A program made the translations under genes and the position numbers. From positions 1-49,734 of the forward strand of contig JBKJKJ010000415.1 in NCBI GenBank assembly GCA_046597455.1: a DNA stretch of 49,734 bases, given 5' to 3'. This DNA is from Burkholderiales bacterium. GTDB taxonomy: Bacteria > Pseudomonadota > Gammaproteobacteria > Burkholderiales > SG8-41. The notes beneath the pieces were generated by a model. That model made no database searches and had not been told where the DNA came from. It saw nothing but the letters and a program-made list of their open reading frames with translations. Below, one piece after another: positions 28,606-38,191 of this stretch. Each line of letters begins with the position of its first letter. Position 1 is the first letter of the stretch.

Positions 28606-28820
28606 CCTCGGGAGTGCTCGCTGAGTTTTTATGGGTGTGGAAGGGGAATGCTAGACCAAAGCGGGATGTTTTGGGGGGGAAGACAACCCGTCCGAGGTGT
28701 GCGCCCATTGCGCGAGACCGGCGCTTCGTCCTCGCGGGCCCGAGTCCTGCTGCTGTGAGACGCGCGTAGGGTCGTGTGTTGCGGTCTTCGCCTTCATGAT
28801 AAGAGGAACTGCTGAGAAAA

Positions 28821-29429
28821 ATGCCGAAAACCCCTGCACCCGCACCGCTGTGGCTGAAACTCGCGCTGACCTGCTTCGTCGCTTTTCTGGTTCCGTACTA
28901 CTGGCAACAGTACGGATGGCAAAATTTCCTGTGGCTTTCGGATATCTCGCTATTTCTGACCGTCGCCGCGCTCTGGCGTAGAAGCCGACTCATCATCAGC
29001 ATGATGGCGATCGGCATCATGCCGCTCGAGCTTTTCTGGAATCTCGATTACTTCACGCGCCTCATCTCGGGTATTCAGCTCACGGGTCTCTCCGAGTACA
29101 TGTTCGACGATTCGCGACCTCTGCTCCTGCGCGCCGTGTCACTCTTTCACGTTGCCCTGCCGGTGATCTGGATCATTTACCTGCGGCGATGGGGTTACGA
29201 TCGGCGGGCGTTGGCAATGCAGACGCTACTGCTGTGGACCACACTGGTTGCGACTCGTTTGCTGACCCGGCCCGACGACAACGTCAACTGGGTATTCGCG
29301 CCTTACAGCATGGGGTGGGCATGGCTTTCGGAGTGGGCCTGGCTGGTGGCGTTCATGGCAGTCGTCCCGCTCGCGATCCATTGGCCTTTGCACACGCTTT
29401 ATAGCCGCCGGCTGGGAAACGACGGCTGA
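28821..29429 (+). CDS. Hypothetical integral membrane protein
   Basis: 202 aa, Trp-rich, several TM segments, YGWQNFLWLSD, SLFHV, NVNWVF. Confidence 0.8.
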   Translation: MPKTPAPAPLWLKLALTCFVAFLVPYYWQQYGWQNFLWLSDISLFLTVAALWRRSRLIISMMAIGIMPLELFWNLDYFTRLISGIQLTGLSEYMFDDSRPLLLRAVSLFHVALPVIWIIYLRRWGYDRRALAMQTLLLWTTLVATRLLTRPDDNVNWVFAPYSMGWAWLSEWAWLVAFMAVVPLAIHWPLHTLYSRRLGNDG

Positions 29430-29463
29430 CGTACGAAGAGGCGCCACCGGCACCTCCCCGCGA

Positions 29464-30351
29464 TCAGGCCGGCTTGTCGCCCTCGAGCGTCACACGGTGC
29501 ATGACGCGTCTGAACCCGTGGTAATCGTTGACCGGATTGTGCTGCGCGCAGCGGTTGTCCCATAACGCGAGCGACCCCGGGTTCCACTGAAAGCGGCAGG
29601 TGAGCTCGGGCCGCACCTGGTGCGCGAAGAGATACGCCAGGAGCGGCGCGCTTTCCGCCTCGGTCCAGCCTTTGAAGTGACTGGTGTGGGCGACGTTGAG
29701 GTATAGCGCTTTACGCCCGGTCTCGGGGTGCGTGCGTACGACCGGGTGCTCCCCGGTCAGGGCCTTGAGCGTTTCGCCGCTTTCCCGCAGCCGGTCCTCG
29801 CGCGTCTTCGAGACTTCTGCTTTGGTCGATGTGCTTACGCCGATCAGCCCTGCGAGCGTTTGCTTGAGCCCTTCCGACAGGGTGTCGTATGCCCGGTATT
29901 GATTCGCGAACAGCGTGTCGCCGCCGTAGGGCGGGGTCTGCACCGCATAGAGCAGGCTCGCCATCGGCGGCGTGTCCAGATACGTCGTGTCCGAATGCCA
30001 TACGCCGCCGAAGTTGACGCGCTCGTGCTCGAGCTTGATCACGGGTGTGACGAACGGACAATCCGTGAGCCCTTTCAGCTGCGGATAGGCCATCGGCTCC
30101 CCGAAGGCGCGCGCAAACGTGACGAGTGCATCCGGCGTGAGTTGCTGGTCGCGCAGAAATATGACCAGGTGGTCGAGCCACGCCTGACGAAGCTCGACGA
30201 TGACTTCGGACGTGAGTGGACGCGAAACATCGACGCCACGCACTTCCGCACCCAGCGCACCCGCGATCGGATGGACTTCGATGTGGCTATAAATGCGCGG
30301 CGTGGCGTCGTCATTGCGCGCTTCGCCGGTCTCGTTGGTTGAATGGGCCAT
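29464..30351 (-). CDS. TauD/TfdA family Fe(II)/2-oxoglutarate dioxygenase
   Basis: WHSDTTY (HxD), GGDTLFAN, HPVVRTHPETGRKALY, WDNRCAQH, MHRVT. Confidence 0.95.
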   Translation of the reverse strand: MAHSTNETGEARNDDATPRIYSHIEVHPIAGALGAEVRGVDVSRPLTSEVIVELRQAWLDHLVIFLRDQQLTPDALVTFARAFGEPMAYPQLKGLTDCPFVTPVIKLEHERVNFGGVWHSDTTYLDTPPMASLLYAVQTPPYGGDTLFANQYRAYDTLSEGLKQTLAGLIGVSTSTKAEVSKTREDRLRESGETLKALTGEHPVVRTHPETGRKALYLNVAHTSHFKGWTEAESAPLLAYLFAHQVRPELTCRFQWNPGSLALWDNRCAQHNPVNDYHGFRRVMHRVTLEGDKPA

Positions 30352-30461
30352 CAGTCAGTCGGGATCGTTTCGAACATCCGGGCAAAAGCGCGTCAGCCTC
30401 GCGTTTCGAGCGCCGTGACGTCGTTCAAGTATACCTATGACGCAAGCAGCCGCACCCCACA

Positions 30462-31466
30462 CTATTGGGCTTCGATCCCGGCGGCTTTCACGACTTTCAC
30501 CCAGCGGGGCACTTCCGTTGCCAGCGTGTAGGCAAACTGCTCAGGGGTGCCGGCGATGGGCTCCGCGCCTTCCGCGGCCAGGATCTCTTTGATTTCGGGC
30601 GACTGAACGGCTTTCACCGCCTCCGCATTCAGTCTGGCTATGACGGGGCGCGGTGTGCCCGCGGGGGCGAGAAGTCCGATCCAGGACGCGTATTCGAACG
30701 TTTTCAATCCACTCTCGGCAACCGTGGGAATCCCGGGCGCCGCGCGGGAGCGGCGCGCCGTGGATACTGCGAGTGCGCGTAGCCTGCCTGTCTTGACGTG
30801 GGGCAGAGCGGTGGTGATCGTTGCGAAATTGACCTGCACCTCGCCGCTGATCAAACCGATCACACCCGGTGCGCCGCCTTTGTACGGCACGTGCACGAGC
30901 GTAATCCCGGCCATCGAAGTGAAAAGCGCCATCGACATGTGAGTGCCGGTGGCGACGCCGCTCGATCCGAAATGAATCTGACCAGGTTGAGCCCGCGCCA
31001 GCGCGATCAGCTCCCGGACCGACTTCGCCGGGAGCGACGGGTGCACGACGAGGATGTTGGGGAAAGCGGCGAGGTTGACGATGGGGGCGAGATCGCGCAG
31101 CGGATCGAACGGCAGCTTGTAAAGCGCCGGGCTCATGGTGATCGAAGCCGGCGCCGCAAGCAGCGTATAGCCGTCCGGTGCAGCCTTGACCACGAGCTCG
31201 GTGCCGATGACGCTCCCTGCGCCGGGACGGTTCTCGACGATGATGGGTTTGCCCAGCGCATCGCCAAGGCGGGTCGCGAGAGGGCGGATCAGGAAATCGG
31301 TCGAGCCGCCCGCGCTCGACGGCACGACGATACGGACGGGTTTGACCGGATACGCTGAATCGGTGCTCACCGAAAAGCCCTGCGCGCCTGCGCATTCGGC
31401 AACCCACGCGAACAGTGCCAGGGTGCATGCCGCGCTGAGCACACGCGGCACCGTCCCGGGTGTCAA
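30462..31466 (-). CDS. Bug/TctC substrate-binding protein
   Basis: TTG start overlapping the upstream TGA; YPVKPVRIVVPSSAGGSTD, ENRPGAGS, HVPYKGG. Confidence 0.9.
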   Translation of the reverse strand: MTPGTVPRVLSAACTLALFAWVAECAGAQGFSVSTDSAYPVKPVRIVVPSSAGGSTDFLIRPLATRLGDALGKPIIVENRPGAGSVIGTELVVKAAPDGYTLLAAPASITMSPALYKLPFDPLRDLAPIVNLAAFPNILVVHPSLPAKSVRELIALARAQPGQIHFGSSGVATGTHMSMALFTSMAGITLVHVPYKGGAPGVIGLISGEVQVNFATITTALPHVKTGRLRALAVSTARRSRAAPGIPTVAESGLKTFEYASWIGLLAPAGTPRPVIARLNAEAVKAVQSPEIKEILAAEGAEPIAGTPEQFAYTLATEVPRWVKVVKAAGIEAQ

Positions 31467-32389
31467 ACGCTCGTCGCCGCCATTACTCGCTTGGGGTCCA
31501 CGATTTTTTCGTAGCCGCTGTCCGCATCGAGCAGATCCCAGCCGGTCATCCAGTCGTGCAGGTATTCGTATTCCTCGCGCGTGTAAGGCCGCGGCTCGAC
31601 GTAGCGGAAGCGCGGAAGGTAGAAGTCATCCTCGGTGATCTTCAACTCCGGCGGCGTTTCGCGAATCATGTATTTGAGATAAGGGCGAATGTCGGCGTTG
31701 ATTTTCTTGACCGCCTTGTTGATCGCGCGAGTGATGGCCGCATACATCTGGGGGTCGACTTCGGGCGTCGCGACTTCCGCGCCTTCGTAGAAAGCCTCGC
31801 TGATGATCTTGAGACCTTTCCTGGCGGCAACGGTGATCCAGGGCTCCATCACGGCTGCGGCCTCGACCCGGCCTTCCTCGAGGAAACGCAGACGCTGCTT
31901 GGGCCCGCCCACGTGCACCGTGTGCACATCTTCTTTCCGATTCATCGACCCGCCGAGCATCGCCAGCGTGATGTAATGCGAACCTGCATGGAAGTTGACC
32001 GCGACCGATTTGCCACGCAAATCGGCAGGCACGTTGTAGGGCGAATCTGCCCGCACGACGATCGCCTGCGTGGCCACCGCGGAACGTTTGCTGATCACCT
32101 TGGCGTTGGTCCCGCTGTCCTGCGTGCGTCGAATCTGGCCCCACTCGCACGCGCGATACATGCAGAACTCGCCTTTCTCGATTCCTTCATGCCAGCCGTA
32201 GGACTTTACGATGCGGTGATCGGCTATGGGATTGACCGGCACCTCTTTGTCCCGATCGCGCCCCGAGCCTGCCGGCACGAGCTCGACGTCGTAACCTTCC
32301 GCCTCGAAAAAGCCTTCTTCTTTGGCCACGTGATACGGCAGGGAGAAAACGGCATTGTTCACTTCGATACGGGTGTGTTTGAGCGTCAT
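31463..32389 (-). CDS. SsuA/THI5-like type 2 periplasmic-binding-fold protein without signal peptide
   Basis: LPYHVAKEEGFFEAEGYDVEL, AIVVRADSP...ADLRGKSVAV, GRVEAAAVMEPW; no hydrophobic N-terminus. Confidence 0.8.
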   Translation of the reverse strand: MTLKHTRIEVNNAVFSLPYHVAKEEGFFEAEGYDVELVPAGSGRDRDKEVPVNPIADHRIVKSYGWHEGIEKGEFCMYRACEWGQIRRTQDSGTNAKVISKRSAVATQAIVVRADSPYNVPADLRGKSVAVNFHAGSHYITLAMLGGSMNRKEDVHTVHVGGPKQRLRFLEEGRVEAAAVMEPWITVAARKGLKIISEAFYEGAEVATPEVDPQMYAAITRAINKAVKKINADIRPYLKYMIRETPPELKITEDDFYLPRFRYVEPRPYTREEYEYLHDWMTGWDLLDADSGYEKIVDPKRVMAATSV

Positions 32390-32626
32390 CGCGAACCCTT
32401 TCCGATTTATTGTCAGTTGAAGGTGGACTGGAAGCGTGCGCAAAAGTGTAGCGCATGTCCCGCCGCGCACGATAGCGCCGCTGGCGCGCTTGCCGACGCG
32501 ACGGCGATGCGATAGACCCCGCCTGGGCCCAGGCATTCATTCAGGGAGCCGATCGGGCACTACGGGCGGGCGACTCTACGGGTTGCTCATGGGAAAGGGT
32601 GGGCACCTGTTTTGCTCAAGACGGGT

Positions 32627-32989
32627 ATGCGTATACTAATTGCAGACGACTTCGAAGACACCCGGCAGGTCATGAACCTGTTCCTCGAGATGAAAGGCCA
32701 CACGGTGGTCGAGGCGGCTAACGGCGAAGAGGCCGTGGAACGTGCCCTGAAAGACAGGCCCGATCTCATTCTGATGGATTTGAGCATGCCGGTGATGGAT
32801 GGACTGACGGCCACCCGCCGCATCCGGGCGCACCGCGAGACCGCAGGCATTCCCATCGTCGCCTTGAGCGCCCACTTGCACGATCCGGCATGGCGAGATC
32901 GGGCGCTGCGCTGTGGATGCAACCATTGCTGCCCGAAGCCTCTGGATCTGGCGGCTTTGGACGAGGTGCTGGAATACGCCTCAGCGTGA
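32627..32989 (+). CDS. Single-domain response regulator (CheY/DivK-like)
   Basis: ILIADD, PDLILMDLSMPVMDG, IPIVALSA, KP. Confidence 0.92.
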   Translation: MRILIADDFEDTRQVMNLFLEMKGHTVVEAANGEEAVERALKDRPDLILMDLSMPVMDGLTATRRIRAHRETAGIPIVALSAHLHDPAWRDRALRCGCNHCCPKPLDLAALDEVLEYASA

Positions 32990-32998
32990 CCTCGCCGT

Positions 32999-34318
32999 CT
33001 AGGTCTGGTGTCTTGCCCGGGAATAGCGGCGCGGCAGCACGACGCGGAACGTGGTGCCTTCCCGGGGTCTGGATTCGAGTTCTACGCTGGCATCGAGGAG
33101 CTCGCACAGACGCTTCACGATAGACAGACCTATGCCTTCCCCGGCCTCCCGATGTAACCGGCGACGATCGACTGACGGAAAGTTCGGGTCGGGCTCGACC
33201 CGTTGATTCCGGTCTTCGCCGTCCCGCGCCCTGTCTTCTACCTGGTTCGACTCGTCGGTGGCGTTTTCCAGTGCGCCGGCCAGCGGTGCGCCCGGGCCGG
33301 CATGCAGACCGGGCCCGGTGTCCTGCACGCAGAGCATCCAGCGCTCGGCATCGTTCTCCCGGCTGTTTCCCCAGCTCACCGTGACGCCGCCTTCGCGCGT
33401 GTACTTCAGTGCGTTGAGCAGCAGGTTCTGGGCGATACGCCGTATCTTGACGGCATCCCCCTCGACTTCCAAAGCGGCCGGGCCGTCGGTCTTCAGGTAC
33501 AAACCCTGATCAGCCGCGGTGGGCTGGAGGTTTTCGCATAACTCCGCCAGGAGCGCGGCAGCATCGAACGGCTCGACGTGGAGCTGCTCCTGGCCGGCCT
33601 GGAGGCGTGCGAGGCTCATCACGTCGTCGAGCATGGAACGCAGGGGTGACATGTTCTTCTGGAGCAGGCGCAGGAACCGATCCCGTGTGAGCTCGGGTAC
33701 GCCGTTCTGGCTCAATCCCGCCGTTGCATTCGCCACCACGCCCAGATTGCCGCGCAGATCGTGCGCGGTCTGCCGCCACAATTCCGCGCGTTGGCGTTCC
33801 AGCTCACGGAGTTGTTCGAGCGCCTGCTCCAGGTCACGCACGTGACCTGCAGCTTCGAGCTGCTGCAAATGGAAATATTGCGCCGTGCTGTCGCACACGC
33901 CTTCGCTGCACATTTCCGCCAGTGCCCGCCGCGCGCGGGACATGACGCCTTCTTCCAGTTCGGGGTGAGCGAAGGTGTAGCGTTCCAGCTCATCCACCAG
34001 ACACATTTGCAAGCGGCCCCACTCGCGGGTGACTTCGTTCAGGTGGTAACCCTGCTGCCATCGCAGCAGGCCGTGTGACGCCGCGTCCGCATGCTGCTCT
34101 TCTTTCGACGCAGGCGTCTCACCGGCGGAGCGCAGCTTGCGCGCGAAGCCGTCGAGCATATCGGGTACATGGTCGAAGAACTGCGTGCGCGGCAGCGCAG
34201 ATGCGGTGGTCAGCTCGGCGTCGCCGTTTACGGCTTTCTGCCACGCCTGGAGGATGGCGGGCCGTCTTGCCGCGAGGTGTTCCGCGAGCGCCGCCAGTTG
34301 CGCATCGATCTTCTGCAT
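32999..34318 (-). CDS. Soluble sensor histidine kinase with N-terminal RsbRD-N-like helical domain
   Basis: H-box AHDLRGNL, N-box QNLLLNALKY, DTGPG, GEGIGLSIV; no TM segments. Confidence 0.9.
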   Translation of the reverse strand: MQKIDAQLAALAEHLAARRPAILQAWQKAVNGDAELTTASALPRTQFFDHVPDMLDGFARKLRSAGETPASKEEQHADAASHGLLRWQQGYHLNEVTREWGRLQMCLVDELERYTFAHPELEEGVMSRARRALAEMCSEGVCDSTAQYFHLQQLEAAGHVRDLEQALEQLRELERQRAELWRQTAHDLRGNLGVVANATAGLSQNGVPELTRDRFLRLLQKNMSPLRSMLDDVMSLARLQAGQEQLHVEPFDAAALLAELCENLQPTAADQGLYLKTDGPAALEVEGDAVKIRRIAQNLLLNALKYTREGGVTVSWGNSRENDAERWMLCVQDTGPGLHAGPGAPLAGALENATDESNQVEDRARDGEDRNQRVEPDPNFPSVDRRRLHREAGEGIGLSIVKRLCELLDASVELESRPREGTTFRVVLPRRYSRARHQT

Positions 34319-34340
34319 TTGAGGTAATTTCCTCGAAGGG

Positions 34341-34397
34341 CACTCAACGCTCGCGCTAAACGTCTTGCGTCTTGCGTTCTGCGCCTTGCGTTGAGTG
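34341..34397. repeat. 10-bp inverted repeat enclosing degenerate heptamer repeats
   Basis: CACTCAACGC (34341-34350)/GCGTTGAGTG (34388-34397) flanking CGTCTTG CGTCTTG CGTTCTG CGCCTTG. Confidence 0.75.
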
Positions 34398-34628
34398 GAT
34401 GACGGTCGGGTTCACCGGCGGGATGAGGCAAACGGACGGGCTTGCCAAGCTTGACTCTTAGGCCCGCGATCTACGGACGGTAAGACACAATCGCCGTGTG
34501 TCAGTGTGACATTACCATGACCGGGCTGGTTTCAGACGGGGAATAGCCGAATCTTCCGCCTGCTTCTCGAATCTTGAGGCGTGGTTGGACCGCACTGCCG
34601 AAGACGCGGTCACGGACCCCCCGTCTGG

Positions 34629-35387
34629 CTACATCGGGCGGGATTCGCAGACGCCAAGCGCCAGAGCCTGCAGGGTGTCGCCGGAACGCGGGTCCTGGAC
34701 GAAGCTCGCAACGGCGAGGTCGGGGCGCTTCCAGCCCTTGTCGAGCTTGAAGACGTGAGTGAGCGGTCCGCTCGGGAAAGGCCCTGCGATGTCGCGCACC
34801 ACGAAGTCGTGCTGGAGCCGCTTGTTGCGGTTCTCGCCCGACGTGATTTCGCTCGAAAGACGGTTCTCGTAGAGCGCCAGCCACGCTTGCGCGGGTTGCG
34901 TAACGGTTGCCGACCAGGCGCCCGAAACGGTGAGCCGGTCCGTTGCCGGCTTGAGGTCGAGGCGTATCGAGGCGGCGGCTTTTCCCCGAGCGACGTCGGC
35001 AACCCGATGGTCGAAATCGTCGCTACTGCCGCGCCGGTAATCCCGGCCGTTCAGGACGAGCTGTGGCGTGTACACGACACGCGAGCCGATGCGGCTGTTC
35101 ACCAGACGCTGGCGCTCGCTGAAGCGCGACTGGCCGTAGCGGTCGATCCAGCCGAGCTTGTCCCAGTAATCGACATGAAACGCGAGGACGACCACGCGGT
35201 CGGCACCGTAGCCGCGGGCTCTGAGCTCGCTGACCCAGCGATCGGTGGGCGGGCAGCTGTCGCAGCCTTCGGATGTGTAGAGCTCGAGCAGGGGCACGCG
35301 GCGCTCGGCGCTGGCGGCTGTGCAGTCTGCGGCTGCCGCTCCGTTCGACAACAACAGGGCGCAGCACGCGATCGGGATCAGGCGCAT
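34629..35387 (-). CDS. DUF1223 family exported thioredoxin-like protein
   Basis: Signal peptide; ELYTSEGCDSCPP, AFHVDYWDKLGWID, VYTPQLVLNG, GEN...L.HDFVVR. Confidence 0.92.
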   Translation of the reverse strand: MRLIPIACCALLLSNGAAAADCTAASAERRVPLLELYTSEGCDSCPPTDRWVSELRARGYGADRVVVLAFHVDYWDKLGWIDRYGQSRFSERQRLVNSRIGSRVVYTPQLVLNGRDYRRGSSDDFDHRVADVARGKAAASIRLDLKPATDRLTVSGAWSATVTQPAQAWLALYENRLSSEITSGENRNKRLQHDFVVRDIAGPFPSGPLTHVFKLDKGWKRPDLAVASFVQDPRSGDTLQALALGVCESRPM

Positions 35388-35461
35388 GGAAACCTCCGGA
35401 CGTGAGTCGGTCGTCCCGGGGCAACCTTACACACGAATCGGCGGCCTCACCGCTGGAAGGC

Positions 35462-37546
35462 TCAGGCCGCCAGCGGGATCGCTTTTGAATGGAAGGCGAT
35501 CTGGTTGCGCCCGGCGCGCTTGGCCTCGTACATGGCGCTGTCGGCGTCTTTCACCAGGTCCTCAGCCGTATGCGGGCGATCGCCCGACAAGGCAACACCG
35601 ATGCTGGTGGACAGGTGCAATTCCGCCTCGTCGAAGAGCATGGGTCGCCGCACGGCATCGACGATGTTCTGTGCGACGCGAGCAGCGTCGGCCTGCGGCG
35701 CGTTCAGGTTCTCGATCAACACGACGAATTCATCTCCGGACAGGCGCGCCACCGTATCGGTTTCCCGCACACATTCGCCGAGGCGCCGGCCGAATTCGAT
35801 GAGCACCCTGTCACCTGTTTCATGGCCATGGGTGTCGTTGATCGACTTGAACCTGTCCACGTCCAGGAACATGACGGCGAGGGGTTTTTTGCTGCGCCGC
35901 GCGCGGGCGATGGCGCCGTGTAAATGCTGAAGGTAGGCGCTGCGGTTGGGCAGACCGGTAAGTGCGTCGGTCAGCAAGTCCTTCTGAAGCGCGATCTGAT
36001 AGTTCTTGCTGACCGTTATATCGTGTGCCAGCACATAGAAGCCTGCCACGCTGCCGTCCAACCTTATATCGGGTATGTGTTCGATTCTGAGATGCTGAAG
36101 CTCACCCTCGTGCATGCGCGGGAATTCGAAAGCCGCGTGATGACCCTGGAGCGCACCCTCGATGCGATGCGCCAGCTCCTCGTACATCGGTGCGCCGAGC
36201 ACCTCGCTGACTTTCGCGCCGACGATCCCGGCGATGTCGCGATGAAACCACTCTTCGAACGTCCTGTTGCAGAACCGGTAGCGCTGGTCGGCGTCCACGT
36301 AGGCGATCAACGCGGGAATGCTGTCCGTGATGGTGCGCAGCCGCGCTTCACTCGCGGCGAGCTGCTTCGTGCGCTCCGCTACGCGCTTTTCGAGCGACGC
36401 GTTGAGATCCTGCAAAGCCTGCTGGTTTTCCTGCAGATTTCCCACCAGCGATGACATCGAGGCGGCCAGCTCGTTGACTTCGAGGTAACTGGGCGCCGCC
36501 GTGCCGAGCGTGTCGGCGCGTCCCAGCCGCAACTCCCGCGCGGCTCTCGCGAGGGAAATCAACGGCCGGGTGATGTGCTCGGCGCCCACCAGCCCGAACA
36601 AGGTGAACAGCAGGGCGATTGCGAAACCACTCCAGAGCACCTTCGTGTGCAGTTCCCTGACGGGTGCGAAGGCCTCGGATACGTCCTGACGCACGATCAC
36701 CGACCAGCCCAGACCCGGATAAGTTCGCGCGCCGCGGGTGCGGCTGAAACCGACCAGATAATCCTTGCCGTCGGGCCAGCGTTCGACGGCAGACCTGTCA
36801 TTCCCGCTTCCCGTCGCGCCGCCGACGGGGCGCAGCAGTTTGCTGCCGATCATGTTTTTCGGGCCGAGCAGAATGGTGCCGTCCTGCGCGACGATGAAGC
36901 CTTCGATGCCGCCTTTCGCGACCATGGTGGTGATCACCGAGCGATCGACCTCCTCGGCCCATTTCCAGCTCATGTGTGCGCCGACCACGCCCACGATCCG
37001 TCCGTCGCGATCGCGATAGGGGAACGCCACATCGACGAAGCGAACGGGTTCGCCGGAAGGATTGGGCAGCTTGTCAGCCAGCAGTTTCGCGTCGTGCACG
37101 TCGCCGATATGAATGCTGCGAAGGGCGTTGAAGAACCACGGGCGCTTCGAGACGTCTGCGCCCACCAGCAGGCCGCCTGTTGCCGCCAGCACGTGACCTT
37201 TCAGGTCGGTCACGCCGATCCACGAGTAGCTGGCAAAGCGTTGTACCTGTTCGAGCAGGGCCTGCTTCTCAGCAATCGAAATCGACGGGTCACCCAGTGT
37301 AGGGCGCGTGGCGATGATCTGCATTTCGCGGTAGCGCTCGAACATCCCCTGGTCGAGCTTGTCGGTCGTCTGGTAGGCCAGATGGGCCAGATTCTGTCCG
37401 ATCTGATCGCGCATGGCAGCCGTGGAGGACACTTCGATGACGCGCGCCAGCGCCAGAGTCAATGCCACCGAAGTCAGGCAAAACCACAACGCGAGGTTGT
37501 CCCCCAGGCTGCGTGGTGAATTGCGTTTGAACGGTTTCATGATCAT
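35462..37546 (-). CDS. Membrane diguanylate cyclase (dCache-HAMP-PAS-GGDEF)
   Basis: Two TMs flanking a Cache domain (DVSKRPWF), PAS (IPALIAYVD..QRYRFCN), TDALTGLPNR, FLDVDRFKSINDTHGH..GD, RETD + ARLSGDEF. Confidence 0.92.
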   Translation of the reverse strand: MIMKPFKRNSPRSLGDNLALWFCLTSVALTLALARVIEVSSTAAMRDQIGQNLAHLAYQTTDKLDQGMFERYREMQIIATRPTLGDPSISIAEKQALLEQVQRFASYSWIGVTDLKGHVLAATGGLLVGADVSKRPWFFNALRSIHIGDVHDAKLLADKLPNPSGEPVRFVDVAFPYRDRDGRIVGVVGAHMSWKWAEEVDRSVITTMVAKGGIEGFIVAQDGTILLGPKNMIGSKLLRPVGGATGSGNDRSAVERWPDGKDYLVGFSRTRGARTYPGLGWSVIVRQDVSEAFAPVRELHTKVLWSGFAIALLFTLFGLVGAEHITRPLISLARAARELRLGRADTLGTAAPSYLEVNELAASMSSLVGNLQENQQALQDLNASLEKRVAERTKQLAASEARLRTITDSIPALIAYVDADQRYRFCNRTFEEWFHRDIAGIVGAKVSEVLGAPMYEELAHRIEGALQGHHAAFEFPRMHEGELQHLRIEHIPDIRLDGSVAGFYVLAHDITVSKNYQIALQKDLLTDALTGLPNRSAYLQHLHGAIARARRSKKPLAVMFLDVDRFKSINDTHGHETGDRVLIEFGRRLGECVRETDTVARLSGDEFVVLIENLNAPQADAARVAQNIVDAVRRPMLFDEAELHLSTSIGVALSGDRPHTAEDLVKDADSAMYEAKRAGRNQIAFHSKAIPLAA

Positions 37547-37864
37547 CAGCTATCCCACTTACGACCCGCTCACGCCTCTTGAAGAGGTTCTGATCGGCGC
37601 GGCTCTGTTCGGCCTCGCCGAGGATTTGGGTCTGGTGCGTCGGCAGTAAAAACCCAGTCCGAATCTGGGATGTGGGGATTACATCCTTTCGCGGCGCAAC
37701 ACCATCCGGGGAGAAAGACGGCATTTGCCCTGCATTTCGATCATTTTCGAGGTTTCAGGCATGGGAGTTGTATGAGGCGGTCGCTGGCAATGGCATTGCG
37801 GCAACTTAGGCAGGACCCCGTTGCCCAACCTGAACCACCACCAATCACCAGAAGAGGGGATCCC

Positions 37865-38074
37865 ATGTCTGCCACGCACGACATCGAATACAAAGGCAAG
37901 ATCATCAAGATCACGGTCGCCATGACCTCGCACGGCAAGCAGATCGGAACGTTCACGGTGCCGGGGACCGATCCGACGGTGCGCGGAACCGGCGCCGACG
38001 CGTCCAGCGCGAATTCGGCATTGCGCAGTGCCGAAAACAAGGCCAAGGAAATGATCGACCGGCAAACGCCTTAA
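37865..38074 (+). CDS. Small hypothetical protein
   Basis: 69 aa, GAGGGG RBS, coding-like codon use, MSATHDIEYKGKIIKITV...AKEMIDRQTP. Confidence 0.65.
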   Translation: MSATHDIEYKGKIIKITVAMTSHGKQIGTFTVPGTDPTVRGTGADASSANSALRSAENKAKEMIDRQTP

Positions 38075-38191
38075 CGATGCGCGCGCGTTGACGCGCACGC
38101 GCCGCCGGTCCACGGCGCCGCGCTACAATCGGCACGAACGATGGGTTTACGGCATGGAAGAGATCGCCGATTGCCTACAGGACCGAAGCCG

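Noticed and set aside
37539-37649. Small ORF MIISYPTYDPLTPLEEVLIG...
   Set aside because: Overlaps the diguanylate cyclase start head-to-head, has no clear RBS and no recognisable family
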